Part shown: piece after piece, positions 36,466 through 51,662 of the stretch
How positions within the stretch are numbered: the stretch's first letter is position 1
How the letters are laid out: each line of letters opens with the position of its first letter
Origin: Candidatus Acidiferrum sp.
GTDB taxonomy: Bacteria > Acidobacteriota > Terriglobia > Acidiferrales > UBA7541
Length of the DNA stretch: 64,000 nt
Reading direction: 5' to 3'
Assembly: GCA_036521695.1 (NCBI GenBank)
Contig: DATDHE010000588.1
Location: 3,752-67,751, forward strand
Translations under genes and position numbers: made by a program
Notes under the pieces: generated by a model
Told to the model about the DNA's origin: nothing
What the model saw: only the letters and a program-made list of their open reading frames with translations
The model's database searches: none

Positions 36466-37406
36466 TCTCTAAAGTAAAACTTGAGAAAAAACCGGCCGGC
36501 TTGAATTTTCAAGATTTAGTTTTGAAGCTCTCCCATTTTTGGGCGAAACAGGGATGCGTCCTGCAACAGCCTTATGATGTTGAAGTGGGCGCGGGTACGA
36601 TGCATCCGGAAACTTTTTTGCGCGTGCTCGGGCCGGCCGCCTATCGAGTAGCTTACGTGCAGCCTAGCCGTCGCCCTGCCGACGGACGCTATGGCGAGAA
36701 TCCCAACCGCCTATACAAGCACACCCAGCTTCAAGTCATCCTAAAGCCGTCGCCCGCTGACGTGCAGGATGTTTATCTTCAGAGCCTCGGTGCCATCGGC
36801 ATTACCTTGAAGGAGCACGATATTCGTTTCGAGGAAGATAACTGGGAATCGCCGACGCTCGGTGCCTGGGGCATTGGGTGGCAGGTGATGTTGGATGGAT
36901 TGGAGATTACGCAGTTCACCTATTTTCAGCAGAGCGGCGGGATCGACCTCGACCCGATCTCCGTGGAACTGACTTACGGGCTGGAGCGCATCTGCCAGTT
37001 CCTTCAGGATGCCACGAGCGTCTACGATCTTCGCTGGTCCGCGGACAAGACGTATGGCGATATCCGCTTGGCCGAGGAGCAGCAGTTTTCCGAGTACAGT
37101 TTCAATCGCGGCGACGCCAAAGCGATTAGGGCGGAATTCGAGTTGCACGAGAAGCAAGCTAAGGAGCTCCTCGATGGTTTCGCGGGGACGGTAGGGAAGG
37201 AGCGCGAGCGGTATCCACTTCTTCCGGCTTACGACCACTGCCTGAAGTGCTCGCACCTGTTTAACCTGATGGATGCGAGGGGAGTTATCTCGACGACGGA
37301 ACGCGCCACGCTTATGGCGCGGGTCCGTACGCTGGCATGCCGCACAGCTGCAGCTTATCTCGAACAGATTGGCGGGCCGACCGTGCGCCGGGAGGTGCGC
37401 GGATGA
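36462..37406 (+). CDS. glyQ: Glycine--tRNA ligase alpha subunit
   Basis: [42 protein letters not shown]. Confidence 0.97.
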   Translation: MISKVKLEKKPAGLNFQDLVLKLSHFWAKQGCVLQQPYDVEVGAGTMHPETFLRVLGPAAYRVAYVQPSRRPADGRYGENPNRLYKHTQLQVILKPSPADVQDVYLQSLGAIGITLKEHDIRFEEDNWESPTLGAWGIGWQVMLDGLEITQFTYFQQSGGIDLDPISVELTYGLERICQFLQDATSVYDLRWSADKTYGDIRLAEEQQFSEYSFNRGDAKAIRAEFELHEKQAKELLDGFAGTVGKERERYPLLPAYDHCLKCSHLFNLMDARGVISTTERATLMARVRTLACRTAAAYLEQIGGPTVRREVRG

Positions 37407-39556
37407 ATCGCTCCAAAGAAAAGGCCACGGAAAAGCGAGTTGAAGTATTGCTTGAAGTCGGCAGTGAAGAGATTCCGGCAGGCATGCTGCCCAAGGCAGA
37501 GGAAGACCTGCGTGCAAATCTAGAAAAACTTCTTGCGGCAGAGAATCTATCCGACGGGGTGACGGTCGAAGCGTTTAGTGCTCCGAGACGGCTCGTCGCG
37601 CATGTCCGCGGTCTGCGTGAAAAGCAGGCGGGCGTGGAGAGCGAGGTGACTGGTCCGCCGAAGTCGGTGGCTTACGATGCCGTCGGCGAGCCGACCCGCG
37701 CCGCGCAGAGCTTTGCAGAGAAGCAGGGTCTTTCGTTGAAGGACCTTTATATAGTCAAGACTCCCAAGGGCGAGTACCTGGCCGCCAAACAAGTGAAGCG
37801 CGGCCGTACCGCCGAGCAGATCTTGAATGAAATGCTTCCGCGAGCGATTCATGATTTGTCCTGGCCGCGGTCGATGACCTGGACGGGGATTGATGGTGCG
37901 CGATTCATCCGGCCGATTCGCTGGATCGTTGCAGTCGTGAATGGCAAGCCCCTGAAATTCTCATTTGCAGGAGTCACCGCGGGAGACACCACTTTCGGCC
38001 ATCGGTTTCTCGGCAAGGGCCCATTTCGAGTTAAAGACTTCGCAGCCTACGAAAAGAAGTTGAAGGCGAACGGAGTAATCGTTCGACCGTCTGAGCGCAG
38101 AGAGAAGATCTCCAGAGAGTTGGCGGCGCATGCGAAGAGGGCCGGGTACCGAATCCACGAAGACCCTGAATTGCTTCGGTTGGTCACCTATCTCAATGAA
38201 TGCCCGAGCGTGCTCGAGGGTGCGTTCGATCCAGCGTTTCTTGTACTGCCCGATGAAATTCTGATAACGGTCATGCGAGGGCACCAAAAGTATTTTGCGG
38301 TCGAGAAACGGGGCGGGGAAGTCGCGCCACATTTTCTGGCGGTCATCAATCTGCCGAGAGATCCAAAGGGATTGGTAGGAGCGGGGCACGAACGCGTTTT
38401 GCGTGCGCGGTTCGCTGATGCACAATTTTTTTGGGAGTCCGACCAGAAATGTCGGCTCGCCGACTATTTGCCAAAGCTGGAACGCGTCACGTACGAATCG
38501 CGGTTGGGGAGTTATCGCGACAAAGTGGAACGCATCCGTGCGATTGCCCGCTGGCTTTCCGAACAGTGGTTCAATAGTGGCTTGATGCAAGCGCACGTGG
38601 CGGAAGCCGATCGTGCGGCGGAACTCTCCAAGTGCGACCTGGCCACCGAGATGGTTCACGAATTCACAGAGTTGCAGGGAATTGTAGGGGGGCTCTACGC
38701 CCGCGCGCAGGGCGAACCGGACGCCGTGGCGGATGCGATCTACGATCATTATCGTCCGGTGGGTCTTGATGATCCCATTCCGAGAAACCTAATCGGTTGT
38801 GCAGTCGCATTGGCCGATAAGCTCGACTCGATCGTCGGCTGCTTCGCGGTGGGATTGGTACCCACGGGATCGAGCGATCCTTACGCTTTGAGGCGCGCGG
38901 CCTTGGGCATTATAAAGATCATCCTCGAGCGCAAGCTTCCGGTTTCGATGTCGTTGGCAGTCGGCGCGGCTGCCAAAGCTTTGCTGACAAATCCTCCAAA
39001 ACGCGGAGTAACTCCTGAGCTGGAGATCCAGGTAATGGAGTTTTTGTTGGACCGCGCAAAGTTTGTTTTACGCGAGCGTGAGAAGTTCAGCTATGACGAA
39101 GCCAACGCCGTCTTTCGAGCCGGTGTCGATGATCTCGTGGACGCACAAAAGCGGCTCATTGCTCTAAGAACCATCCGCAAATCGAAAAATTTTGAGCCGC
39201 TGGCCGTGTCCTTCAAACGCATCCGGAATATTCTCGAGAAGTCGAATTTCAAGAAAGAAAACGCTTCAGGAATACAGACCGACTTGTTCGAGAGCGGCGT
39301 CGAGCGCGAATTGTTTTCCGCGGTGAGATCGGCTGCGACGAAAGTGCAGGCAGAGACGCGCGCGGGGAAATATCAAGAAGCACTTGAAGTTATTGCAGGG
39401 CTTCGAAAAGCGGTAGATGACTTCTTTGAAGGCGTCATGGTGATGGCCGAGAACGAAGGCGTGAGGAAAAATCGTCTGGCGTTGCTCGCGGAAATACTGA
39501 GAGAGTTCACGACGATCGCGGATTTCTCCGAACTGGGCGGAGAGGAACGCAAATAG
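37403..39556 (+). CDS. glyS: Glycine--tRNA ligase beta subunit
   Basis: [48 protein letters not shown]. Confidence 0.96.
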   Translation: MNRSKEKATEKRVEVLLEVGSEEIPAGMLPKAEEDLRANLEKLLAAENLSDGVTVEAFSAPRRLVAHVRGLREKQAGVESEVTGPPKSVAYDAVGEPTRAAQSFAEKQGLSLKDLYIVKTPKGEYLAAKQVKRGRTAEQILNEMLPRAIHDLSWPRSMTWTGIDGARFIRPIRWIVAVVNGKPLKFSFAGVTAGDTTFGHRFLGKGPFRVKDFAAYEKKLKANGVIVRPSERREKISRELAAHAKRAGYRIHEDPELLRLVTYLNECPSVLEGAFDPAFLVLPDEILITVMRGHQKYFAVEKRGGEVAPHFLAVINLPRDPKGLVGAGHERVLRARFADAQFFWESDQKCRLADYLPKLERVTYESRLGSYRDKVERIRAIARWLSEQWFNSGLMQAHVAEADRAAELSKCDLATEMVHEFTELQGIVGGLYARAQGEPDAVADAIYDHYRPVGLDDPIPRNLIGCAVALADKLDSIVGCFAVGLVPTGSSDPYALRRAALGIIKIILERKLPVSMSLAVGAAAKALLTNPPKRGVTPELEIQVMEFLLDRAKFVLREREKFSYDEANAVFRAGVDDLVDAQKRLIALRTIRKSKNFEPLAVSFKRIRNILEKSNFKKENASGIQTDLFESGVERELFSAVRSAATKVQAETRAGKYQEALEVIAGLRKAVDDFFEGVMVMAENEGVRKNRLALLAEILREFTTIADFSELGGEERK

Positions 39557-39689
39557 AGAAGATAAAGTTTTCCTTTGAGTTTTGGAGGGTGAAGTAAGTC
39601 GGCGTGCCGACTCATTCTTGCGGCCGCTTTGCGAGGGGCAGTTGCTAGACAGCTTTTAAATCTCAAAAAAAAGACAAGCGAGGAAGACA

Positions 39690-42416
<2,727 letters not shown>

Positions 42417-42437
42417 CACTCTCTTAGAAAGTTTTTG

Positions 42438-42474
42438 CAATTAAAGTAAAACATGAAGCCGTCGGCGTGCAGAC
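42438..42474 (+). repeat. Direct repeat copy 1 (in the ppdK terminator region)
   Basis: CAATTAAAGTAAAACATGAAGCCGTCGGCGTGCAGAC; 33 of 37 nt identical to 43797-43833. Confidence 0.8.
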
Positions 42475-42609
42475 ATTTCCTCTAACGCAGGCGGCTTTGC
42501 CGTTTCGAGATCCAGAAAGAAATTGTTCGGAGGTCTCTGGAGAGGGGCTCGAAAAGAGATGCGAATGGAATTCTCTAAACCTGTATCGATCGTCAGAATG
42601 CTTCAGCTT

Positions 42610-43656
42610 CTAGTTCTTCGTAGTTTTCCAATGATACACACACGAACTTCCGCCAATCAGCAGCCCTCCGATCACTCGCCCCTTCTCACTAATCGGGTAG
42701 CGCTCCGATTCGCGGATCGCGGGAACAATCTTGATGCACTAGCCTACATTTTCCCGCACATGAAAGTTCAGTCGCTCAAGGGCCATGAACGCCTCATCTC
42801 CCACGGCAACGTTGCGATCCTCGATGGTCTTAGCCAATAGTGCACGAATGGGTTCACGCGCCAACCCCGGCTGCTTGCCTCCCCGGGTTCTGCGGCTTGT
42901 ATCTCGTCGCCCGCAGCCAGTTCACGGCTTCACGGCGGTCGTTTGTGTCTTCACTTGCAAGAAGCCGCTGGGCCGCCACGAGCATGTCCTTCTCGCAGGC
43001 AACGGCGGTCGCGCACGAGTTCGTTTGCAGAAGCCGCCTAACGGCAAGATCTCGAGCTGGTGGTGCTGGATCGGCCAGCGTCTGCAAGAACGGGGTTATC
43101 CCCACGGACTTGGACGCCGCGTCAGCTTTCAGGAATCTTTCCGCCCCGGCCAATTCTGCGATTCCCTTCGCATCGTCTAAATCAAGCACGGCCGTATTGG
43201 TGCGCTTGCCGTGCAACTCGGCGAAGCGACCACGATCCGTTTGCCTTCAACCGGTTTGATTCGTACCCATGCGGGAGCGGGACCTTTAATCCACGAAAGG
43301 GGATTGGGGTTGAGGTTAGTCAGTTCGGTGTATTCGTTTGGGATCTCGCCACGCAGGTTTCTCTCGAGCGAGATGGTAAGTGCCACGTCCGCACCCCCCG
43401 GCTCGCGCGGTGTAATCTTTGTGATCTTACAGATGGCGATGTTGGTGTCGCGCTTAAAGAGTGCTTGGAAGAGTTCGCCCGAATCATAGGCGGAAGCCTT
43501 GCGTCGAAGCTCGGATTAAGCCCGATCGCGGCTATCCACAAGCACTCGGATTTGTGCGCACGAGAGCTTGGCGACTATTTTCGATGGTTCCTCTTGCGAA
43601 TAGGCCGATGACGCAGAAGCGATGAATGCTAAAGCAAATGTGATGGGAGCCCTCAT
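42610..43656 (-). pseudogene. Decayed secreted protein with HEAT-like helical repeats
   Basis: Signal peptide at 43656; in-frame TAA at 43516-43518; frameshifts near 43220 and 42900-42850; LADPAPPARDLAVRRL, DTNDRREAVNWL, IEDRNVAVGDEAFMAL; 3' end approximate. Confidence 0.55.
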
Positions 43657-43796
43657 GAAGAATAGGACACCACCGCCTGGACCAAAGTGCCCGCCGCTGT
43701 GCCTACTTTGAGACTGGTCGCAGCTCAAGTAATAGGTGAAATAAATGCGGGCGGATAGGAAAAGGACGAGATGGCGCTCTGTCCGAAAGAAATCCT

Positions 43797-43833
43797 CAAT
43801 GAAAGTAATACTTGAACCCGTCGGCGTGCAGAC
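43797..43833 (+). repeat. Direct repeat copy 2
   Basis: CAATGAAAGTAATACTTGAACCCGTCGGCGTGCAGAC, followed by a hairpin-closing arm. Confidence 0.8.
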
Positions 43834-43873
43834 CACGGAAGCAATGTCTACGCTATCGGCGGTTTCTGGCTGC

Positions 43874-46204
43874 TTACGTGGGCATCTTCAAGAAAAAGTA
43901 GAGACTCAGAAAAAGAAAGGTAATATCCGTGGACCACGCGGCGAGGAAAGGCGGCAATTGTCCAACGCCACCCATGGCTTCGAGCAAGCGCGCGGCGGTC
44001 CAGTAAACAATTCCAATGGCGACACCTAGGGCCACTCCTCCCACCGCGCCGCGAGTTCCAACCAAGAGGGCGAAGGGAATCGCCAGTAACATGCTGATCG
44101 GGGCGATAAGCGGGAAGGCCAGCTTGACGTGCCATTGCACTGTCAGGTTGGCGACGTCGAATCCGGCTTTGCGCAAACCGTCGATATACCGGCGCAGCGC
44201 TCCCCAGCTCATCTGTGAAGCCTGGCGCACCTCGCGATTGAAATAACTGGGCGGCTCCGACAGTTCCGGCAGTGAAGTGACGGGGAAGCGTTGATAGCGA
44301 GTGATGGCACCATCGGCGAAATCGCGCACCCAGCCTCCTTCGAGGACCCACACTTTCTGCGAATCGGACCACGTGGCACGCGTGGCAAACACGCGCCGCC
44401 GCAACTGGAATGTCGCGGGGTCGAGTTCCACCACGCTAAGGCCGCCAAAAAGGCTCTGTCCGGGGTCGAAAAGGTCGTAGTTGTAGATCTTCTCATCGTT
44501 TCCAAAAATCCAGCGCTGTGGATGCGCGTACGTCTGCGCCGGGCGGCCCTTGATCTGGTTGCGCAACGCGTCCTGGCGCTGGTTGGCGTAGGGGAGATAG
44601 GTTTCATCTAGCACGATCATGGTTACGGCGAGAGCCAATCCTGCGAAAAGCAGGGGTACGGCGAGGCGGTAAAGGCTGATGCCGCTCGCTTTGCAGGCCA
44701 CGATTTCGTTGTTCTTGCTCATCACGCCGAGCGTAACGAGCACGGCGACGAGCGCGCCCAGCGGAGCCAGGTTGTAAACGAGAAAGGGCGTCAGATAGCG
44801 GAAATAATCCACCACAATGAGAAATGGCACCTTGTGGCGCGCAATGTCGTCGAGCAACTCGAAAAAAGTAAAGGCCTCAAACAAGAAAATGAAGGCCGCC
44901 ATGAGCAGCGCGAAATGAAAAAAAAAGCGGCGCAAAAGATATATATCCATCAAGCGAGGGAAGCTGCCGCTCGCGTGCACTCCGTTCTCGTTTGGCTCCA
45001 GGATCCCGTTAGGAATTCGGGCTACGGCCATGGCGGCCGCGCGCGCACGTGCTTTCCGGCGGCGAAGCAGCCTGGCCCAACTGCGAAAGCGCACCAGAGG
45101 GTTCATCCAGCGGCTTTCGCCGCGGAATTGCTCCATGCGAGGAAGCAGCGCCAGTCCAAGAATCGCCAGCAGGATATTTGCGCCCCAGATCCCGGCAGCA
45201 GGCGGCAGCGTGCCTTGGCGCGCGAAACCCGCGCCAATCACCGTAAGCAAGTAATAGGCAGCAATAATAATGACCGCAATCAGCGAGCCGGCCGCTCGTC
45301 CGCCGCGTCGAGGCTGAGCGCCTAGCGGTACGGCAATCAGAGCGAAGGCCAAGCACGCCACGGGAAAGGCCAGGCGGCGGTGCAATTCCACGCGCGCTTC
45401 GCGCCAGTTGGCATCATGCGAGTTAAGCAGCTCTCGCAAGGAACGCTCAGAATTACTAAGTTCGCGGGGCTGCGCCGGCACGAGACCGTTCACCTCGAGC
45501 GGCCAATCGCTCTGCCCAAACGACGTCACCGAGTAGCGGTCGGGATCTTCCCTAGAGAACTCGTGCGTGCTGCCGCCCTTTAGATGAAGCTCCAGCTTGC
45601 CCTCTTTCGGTTCGGCAATTACAATCGCATTCTCCGCCAGGGTGAGTTGGGAGCCGTTCTCTCCTCCGGCTTCAGCGAGAAATACGCCGTGCCACTGCGT
45701 GCCGCTGGCAGACACGTCGTTGACGTACAGAACCAGTTTGGGGAAGCGCTCGTCGAAGACGCGGGGCTGCACTGCGAAAGAAACTTGGGAAGCAAGGAGT
45801 TCGGTCTCGAGGCTGCGGTATTTGTGATAGGCCATCGGACCTAGCCAGAGCGTCATGCAAAGCGTGACGAGAGCGCCGCTGACGGCGAGAACGCCCACGG
45901 GCAGGAGAATTCGGCGCCGGCCGATACCCAGCGCTGTCAGAGCGATAATCTCGCTGTCCGCGGACATGCGGCCAAGGCCCAGGAGCACGCCAATCAGCAC
46001 GGCCATGGGGAGCGTAAACGTAAAGACGGCGGGAAAAATGCAAAGAAAAAGCTCGAAGATTTGAGCACCCGAACCGCTGTGACGGACAAACAGCTCCATC
46101 AATTGAACAAGCTTGGGCACGAAGAAAACGAATGTAAATACGGCAAGTCCGAGGAGTGCGTGACGAAAAACTTCACGAACGATATAGCGGTCCAGGATGC
46201 GCAT
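43874..46204 (-). CDS. LPS export permease LptF-LptG fusion
   Basis: Two YjgP/YjgQ units: MRILDRYIVRE..DSEIIAL..ELHRRLAFP and LMDIYLLRRF..NNEIVACKASGISLYR..KLAFP. Confidence 0.9.
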   Translation of the reverse strand: MRILDRYIVREVFRHALLGLAVFTFVFFVPKLVQLMELFVRHSGSGAQIFELFLCIFPAVFTFTLPMAVLIGVLLGLGRMSADSEIIALTALGIGRRRILLPVGVLAVSGALVTLCMTLWLGPMAYHKYRSLETELLASQVSFAVQPRVFDERFPKLVLYVNDVSASGTQWHGVFLAEAGGENGSQLTLAENAIVIAEPKEGKLELHLKGGSTHEFSREDPDRYSVTSFGQSDWPLEVNGLVPAQPRELSNSERSLRELLNSHDANWREARVELHRRLAFPVACLAFALIAVPLGAQPRRGGRAAGSLIAVIIIAAYYLLTVIGAGFARQGTLPPAAGIWGANILLAILGLALLPRMEQFRGESRWMNPLVRFRSWARLLRRRKARARAAAMAVARIPNGILEPNENGVHASGSFPRLMDIYLLRRFFFHFALLMAAFIFLFEAFTFFELLDDIARHKVPFLIVVDYFRYLTPFLVYNLAPLGALVAVLVTLGVMSKNNEIVACKASGISLYRLAVPLLFAGLALAVTMIVLDETYLPYANQRQDALRNQIKGRPAQTYAHPQRWIFGNDEKIYNYDLFDPGQSLFGGLSVVELDPATFQLRRRVFATRATWSDSQKVWVLEGGWVRDFADGAITRYQRFPVTSLPELSEPPSYFNREVRQASQMSWGALRRYIDGLRKAGFDVANLTVQWHVKLAFPLIAPISMLLAIPFALLVGTRGAVGGVALGVAIGIVYWTAARLLEAMGGVGQLPPFLAAWSTDITFLFLSLYFFLKMPT

Positions 46205-46260
46205 AACGCAAACCGTGAGTGTAACACGGCCTCGGCAGCAGAACGGGAAAGAGAGTCCCA

Positions 46261-48462
46261 ATGAATCGTGTGCATTTGGTCCTGCTGTGGCACATGCATC
46301 AGCCGCAATACCGGGACCCGGAAACCGGCCGGTATGTCCTTGCGTGGACGCGGCTCCACGCGCTCAAGGATTATTGGGGCATGGTGGCCATGCTCAAGGA
46401 ATTCCCAAAGTTTCACGCCACCTTCAACGTCGTGCCTTCGCTCGGCATGCAGCTTGAGGAATACGCCAGCGGGGAATTTAACGAGCCGTGGTTCTCGCTG
46501 GCTTTCAAGTCGGCCGAGGAGCTGACCAGAGAAGACAAAGCGGAGATTTTGGCGCGGGCGTTTCAAGTGAATCATGAGCGCTTGATGTCGCGATGGCCTC
46601 GTTTCGTCGAGTTGTATGAATGGTCGCAGCCCGCGGGCGGAGCGCAGGCACAGGTTTCTTTTACTCTGCGTGACTGGCGAGACTTGCAATTGCTCTCGCA
46701 GTTGGCTTGGATGGAGGAAACCTGGTTCGAGAAGGACTCAGTAGTAAGTCGTCTCGCGAGCAAAGGAAAAGAGTTCACCGAAAAGGACAAGGCCGCACTG
46801 AAAGCGAAGCAATTGGAATTGCTCGGCTTGGTTTTACCCGAGTACCGTGCGGTGGCGCAGACGGGCCAGATTGAGCTTAGCACGACGCCGTTTTATCACC
46901 CCATCCTTCCATTGATCTGCGATTCGGATATCGCTCGCGTAGCCAATCCAGGCACGCCGCTACCGCGCCGTGCCTATCGTCATTCTGAAGATGCTCGCGA
47001 ACAATTGAAGCGCGCACGCGAATACCACGAGCACGTGTTCGGCGAAAAGCCTGTTGGACTCTGGCCTTCAGAAGGCTCCGTTTCCGATCAGGCTTTGACC
47101 ATCGCCGCGGAGGAAGGTTTCCAGTGGTTTGGCACGGATGAGGGCGTTCTCGGCAGGACGCTGAACGCAGGATTTTTTCGCGATGCCAAAGGCATTCCCG
47201 CGAATGCGGATCGGCTCTATAAGCCGTTACGAGTTCAGCTTGCGGGAAAGCCCATCACGGGACTCTTTCGCGATCATCACCTTTCCGATCTAATTGGTTT
47301 CGTCTATAGCCGCATGAATGGCAGGGATGCCGCTGCGGATTTGCACGGTCGTCTTCGCGAGCTTGGCGAACGCGTGCAGACCGCGCAACCCCTTACGGTT
47401 TGCCTGTTTCTGGATGGCGAAAACGCATGGGAATACTATCCCGGGAATGGTCGCGAGTTTTTGCGTGAATTCTACGGCCGAATCCAGGGAGATCAGGATT
47501 TTCGGGCGCTCACCGCGACGGAAGCGATCGCCGCCGCCGGCGTTATTCCGACGAACGCCGGAATCTTTCCGGCTTCTTGGATCAACGCGAATTTCGATGT
47601 GTGGATTGGCCACAGCGAAGACGTTGCCGCTTGGGAACTTCTCTGGGACGCCCGCGAAGCCTACGGCCGCGCCGTGGACGCCCGAAAGCAAGGCCGCGAC
47701 GGTGCGCCAACGGAAACCGCACTGTCGGAGGCGCTCGAATCCCTCCTCGCGGCGGAAGGAAGCGATTGGTGCTGGTGGTACGGTCCGGAACACAGCACGG
47801 CCAATGATGCGGAGTTCGATGCCCTCTACCGAAAGCATTTGACGGCCGTCTACCTGTCGCTAGGTCAAGTGGCCCCGCAAGAACTGGCGAAGCCCATTAG
47901 ACGTCAGCCGGAGCATGCTCTACAGCTGGCTCCCAAGGGTTTTCTGAAAGTTGCAGTAGATGGCCGGGATACTTCCTACTTCGAATGGCTGGGCGCGGGC
48001 CTTTATTCGCCCGAGCGCCGCGGCGGCGCTATGCATGGCCGCACCTTCTATCTTCATGAATTACGTTATGGTTTCGAGGAGGAGCGCTTCTGCGTCCGGG
48101 TGGACCCGTTCCTCGACCTTCTAGGAGAACTTGAAGATTGCGAATTCCGAATCACCATCGGCGCCGCCGAAGAAATCAACATCGTAGTGAAGCTCATGCG
48201 CGGCCACTTGCAGGAATTCGCGGTGGAAAAGGGACGCCTTTGCCTTCTCAATCCCAAAAGCGTGGCCGAAGCCGCATTTGACCGCATCCTGGAAGTCTCC
48301 ATGCAGCGCAGCGAAATCTGCCTACCTGGCCAAACCAAGCTCAAGCTCGGCGTTGCCCTATGGCATGGCGGCTTGCCTGTGGATGTCCTTCCCGCCGAGG
48401 GCTTTCTCGAAGTCCAACTTGGGGAAGATTACTCTGCCTGGCCGACTGAAGACAACCCGTAA
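46261..48462 (+). CDS. Glycoside hydrolase family 57 protein
   Basis: WHMHQP, TPFYHPILPL, WPSEG nucleophile, DGENAWE acid/base, AEGSDWCWW. Confidence 0.93.
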   Translation: MNRVHLVLLWHMHQPQYRDPETGRYVLAWTRLHALKDYWGMVAMLKEFPKFHATFNVVPSLGMQLEEYASGEFNEPWFSLAFKSAEELTREDKAEILARAFQVNHERLMSRWPRFVELYEWSQPAGGAQAQVSFTLRDWRDLQLLSQLAWMEETWFEKDSVVSRLASKGKEFTEKDKAALKAKQLELLGLVLPEYRAVAQTGQIELSTTPFYHPILPLICDSDIARVANPGTPLPRRAYRHSEDAREQLKRAREYHEHVFGEKPVGLWPSEGSVSDQALTIAAEEGFQWFGTDEGVLGRTLNAGFFRDAKGIPANADRLYKPLRVQLAGKPITGLFRDHHLSDLIGFVYSRMNGRDAAADLHGRLRELGERVQTAQPLTVCLFLDGENAWEYYPGNGREFLREFYGRIQGDQDFRALTATEAIAAAGVIPTNAGIFPASWINANFDVWIGHSEDVAAWELLWDAREAYGRAVDARKQGRDGAPTETALSEALESLLAAEGSDWCWWYGPEHSTANDAEFDALYRKHLTAVYLSLGQVAPQELAKPIRRQPEHALQLAPKGFLKVAVDGRDTSYFEWLGAGLYSPERRGGAMHGRTFYLHELRYGFEEERFCVRVDPFLDLLGELEDCEFRITIGAAEEINIVVKLMRGHLQEFAVEKGRLCLLNPKSVAEAAFDRILEVSMQRSEICLPGQTKLKLGVALWHGGLPVDVLPAEGFLEVQLGEDYSAWPTEDNP

Positions 48463-48570
48463 TTCACTAGCCTGAGTTTTTCAATTCCGCGGCGTGCCTC
48501 TGGCGCTCTCGGTATTGCTGCGCGCGGAGTAACGCGGCGCGTCTCGCCCGCTGACACCTCGCAATTCTCC

Positions 48571-48617
48571 CCTTGACAGTCTAGGAGAGCCAGCTTACAT
48601 TCCTAGTTCATCTAGGA
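48571..48617 (+). promoter_or_regulatory. Promoter with two PadR-type operator boxes
   Basis: TTGACA(48573)-17-TACATT(48596); CCTTG-N5-CTAGG over the -35 and TCCTAG-N5-CTAGGA (48601-48617) over the predicted start site. Confidence 0.75.
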
Positions 48618-48623
48618 GAAACG

Positions 48624-48971
48624 GTGTCGATGGACAAACAACTGGATCTCTTGCAGGGCACACTCGACATGCTGATTCTTAAGGCCGTCTCGCTCGGCCC
48701 TCTCCACGGCTACGGGATTCTTCTGCGCATCCAGCAAATCTCGAAGGACCGTCTCGAGATTCAACAGGGCTCGCTCTATCCCGCCCTCTACCGACTGGAG
48801 CATCAGGGTTGGATCGGCAGCGAATGGGGCGAGTCGGAAAACAAGCGCAAGGCCAAGTATTACAAGCTCACCGTGGCAGGGAAGCGCCGACTGCAAGCAG
48901 AAACCAAAAACTGGAACAGCATGGCCGACGTCATCGCAGGAATCCTGGGCACCAAGCCGGAGGAAGTGTGA
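48624..48971 (+). CDS. PadR-family regulator (acidobacterial type)
   Basis: [34 protein letters not shown]. Confidence 0.94.
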   Translation: MSMDKQLDLLQGTLDMLILKAVSLGPLHGYGILLRIQQISKDRLEIQQGSLYPALYRLEHQGWIGSEWGESENKRKAKYYKLTVAGKRRLQAETKNWNSMADVIAGILGTKPEEV

Positions 48972-51616
48972 GGTTCTGGAGCCAGCTTCGTTCTTGGATT
49001 CAGACAACTCTGCGCCGCTCTCGCATGGAAAGCGAAATGGATGCTGAGCTGCGTTTCCACATCGAGACTTTCACTGAGGGCTTGGTCCGCGATGGCCTAT
49101 CCCGTCAAGAAGCGTTGCGGCGCGCGCGTATTGAGTTTGGCGCCGTTGAACGGGTCAAGGAAGAATGTCGCGAAGCGCGCGGTGTGAAGGTCATGGAAAC
49201 CCTCCTGCAAGATCTGCGTTTCGGAGCGCGCGTGCTCCTCAAAAATCCCGGCTTCTCAGCCGTCGCCGTTCTGACACTCGCTCTCGGTATCGGCGCAAAC
49301 ACCGCCATCTTCAGCCTCGTCGACGGCATTCTTCTTCGACCGCTTCCGTTCTCGGCTCCGCAGAATCTTGTCAGCATCACAGGGACCTACCCCAAAGGCG
49401 CCTTCGTTTCCCTGCGCGATGAGATGCAGTCGCTGGACGCTGCCGCCTACTTCGAAGGCCATGAGTTCAACCTCACCGGTCGCGGTGAACCGCTCCGCCT
49501 CTCGGGCGCTCTTGTTTCTGCCGAGTTTTTCTCCGTTTTGGGTGCTCGTCCCGAGCTCGGCCATCCGTTTTATCCCGGTGACGATAAGGCCGGCCAGGAC
49601 AGCTACGTTATCTTGAGTCACGCCCTTTGGCAGGAGCGCCTCGGGGGCGACCCTTCCGTCATTGGACTTTCCATCGATCTCGAAGGAGTCCGTCGCCAGA
49701 TCGTCGGTGTTATGCCCGCGGATTTCAGTTTTCCTTCGACGAAAACCCAGGTCTGGATTCCTCTGCACAACGATCCTCGCGACATCGTCTCTTATTGGGC
49801 CGGCGATTTCATGCCTATTATTGGCCGCCTTCGCCCAGGTTTAAACTTCGCGCAGGCCCGAGCCGAGATTCGGATGTTTCAGTCGCGTGTATTCAAACTT
49901 TTCCCTTGGCCTATGCCGGCCAATTGGAACGCGGATGTCAGCGTCGTGGAATTGCGTCACGGCATGGTGGCGGATGTGCGCGGGCGTCTTTTGCTGCTGT
50001 TTGGTGCAGTAGGGCTCATTCTTCTCATTGCCTGCGTAAACGTTGCCAATCTCGCTCTTTCCCGCGCCGCCACGCGCGAAAAAGAAATCGCCGTGCGCAC
50101 TGCTATGGGAGCGGAGCGCGGCCGAGTGATCCGCCAGCTTCTCACGGAGAGCGTTTTACTCGCAGTTATCGGCGGTTTGTTCGGCGTCTTTTTGGCCATG
50201 GGAGGCTTGCAATTGCTCAAAGCCGCGCTTCCGGCGGATACCCCACGTCTCGCCGATGCTCATATCGATTGGCGTGTTCTGGCATTCACCGGGGGCCTAG
50301 CCATTTTTACTGGTTTTCTCTTCGGTCTTGCTCCCGCTCTCCATTCTCCACGCGCCTCTCTCGTCCAATCGCTCAATTCCGCGGCTCGCGGAGTCTCCGC
50401 TTCCGTATCTCAACGTTTGCGTAGCGGACTGGCCATCGCTGAGGTTGCCTTTGCGCTGCTTCTTATTATCCCCGCCGGTTTGCTCACCCGCAGTTTCATG
50501 GCCCTCTCCCGCGTTGATCCTGGGTTTCGCTCCGAGCGCATGGTCACTGCGCGCGTCACTCCTAACCAGGAATTCTGCAGCGATTCCGCCCGGTGCATTT
50601 CCTTCTACCGTGAATTGCTCGGCCGCGTGCAAGCCTTGCCTGGCATCCAGTCGGTCGCGTTCGTCAACACCCTTCCTCTCGGCGGTCGCGTCGCCAAACG
50701 TGCCCTCGAAATCGAAAACGAGCCGCAGTCGCCCGGCGAGGATATGCCTCTTTTTTGGATGGATGTGGTTACTGCCGACTATCTTCGCACCATGAGTATT
50801 CCTGTCGTTGCCGGCCGGGGCTTCACGTCCGCCGATGACTCCGGAAATCCACCTGTTGCCGTCGTGACAGCTTCCACGGTGCGCCGCTTTTGGCCTGGCC
50901 GAAGCCCCATCGGTTCGCACGTGCGCCTAAGCGGCGACAAAGACTGGCGCACCATCGTCGGCATTGTCTCCGAGGTCCGAGCGTACGACTTGCAAAAGAA
51001 TGTTCCTGATTGGATTAACGGCACAATCTACTTTCCCTATGCCCTAAACGTCACCCTCGAAGGGGGCCGCGTCCCTTCCGACATGACGGCGGTTATTCAA
51101 TCCAATCTTGACGACTCGCAGGTCCAAAATGCCCTCCGCCACGCTATCGCCGGCCTCAACCCGGAAGTCCCCGCAAGTGAAGTCAAGCCCATGCGCACCA
51201 TTGTCTCTGAAGCCGTCTCTACTTCCGCGTCCACTACCATTCTGTTTGTCGCTTTTGCGGCGCTGGCGCTCGTCCTTGGTCTCATCGGCATCTACGGCGT
51301 TCTCTCTTTTCTCGTTTCCAGGCGCACTCGCGAAATTGGCATTCGTCTCGCCCTCGGAGCGCAGCGCCGCGATGTCCTCTGGCTCGTAATGAAGGAAGGG
51401 GCGAAATTCTCGCTGATCGGCATCGCGCTCGGCCTGAGTTCCGCTTTTGCCATCACTCGTCTTCTCGCCAGTGAACTCTATGGCATCAGTCCCGCAGACC
51501 CCGCCACTTTTCTCGGTGGCGCTATCCTGATGACCGCGGTCACGCTCACCGCCTGCTACATCCCCACGCGCCGCGCCATGCACGTTGATCCCATCGTGGC
51601 GCTGAAGAACCAATGA
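48968..51616 (+). CDS. ADOP-family duplicated MacB/FtsX ABC permease 1
   Basis: [58 protein letters not shown]; GTGA overlap with padR. Confidence 0.92.
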   Translation: MRFWSQLRSWIQTTLRRSRMESEMDAELRFHIETFTEGLVRDGLSRQEALRRARIEFGAVERVKEECREARGVKVMETLLQDLRFGARVLLKNPGFSAVAVLTLALGIGANTAIFSLVDGILLRPLPFSAPQNLVSITGTYPKGAFVSLRDEMQSLDAAAYFEGHEFNLTGRGEPLRLSGALVSAEFFSVLGARPELGHPFYPGDDKAGQDSYVILSHALWQERLGGDPSVIGLSIDLEGVRRQIVGVMPADFSFPSTKTQVWIPLHNDPRDIVSYWAGDFMPIIGRLRPGLNFAQARAEIRMFQSRVFKLFPWPMPANWNADVSVVELRHGMVADVRGRLLLLFGAVGLILLIACVNVANLALSRAATREKEIAVRTAMGAERGRVIRQLLTESVLLAVIGGLFGVFLAMGGLQLLKAALPADTPRLADAHIDWRVLAFTGGLAIFTGFLFGLAPALHSPRASLVQSLNSAARGVSASVSQRLRSGLAIAEVAFALLLIIPAGLLTRSFMALSRVDPGFRSERMVTARVTPNQEFCSDSARCISFYRELLGRVQALPGIQSVAFVNTLPLGGRVAKRALEIENEPQSPGEDMPLFWMDVVTADYLRTMSIPVVAGRGFTSADDSGNPPVAVVTASTVRRFWPGRSPIGSHVRLSGDKDWRTIVGIVSEVRAYDLQKNVPDWINGTIYFPYALNVTLEGGRVPSDMTAVIQSNLDDSQVQNALRHAIAGLNPEVPASEVKPMRTIVSEAVSTSASTTILFVAFAALALVLGLIGIYGVLSFLVSRRTREIGIRLALGAQRRDVLWLVMKEGAKFSLIGIALGLSSAFAITRLLASELYGISPADPATFLGGAILMTAVTLTACYIPTRRAMHVDPIVALKNQ

Positions 51617-51662
51617 CGGAGCGGAGGATCGAGAGTATCGGGAGCAGGAAGGCGGCTGAATT

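Noticed and set aside
43874-46204. LptF-LptG fusion as a novelty
   Set aside because: To my knowledge single-chain LptFG is commonly annotated in Acidobacteria
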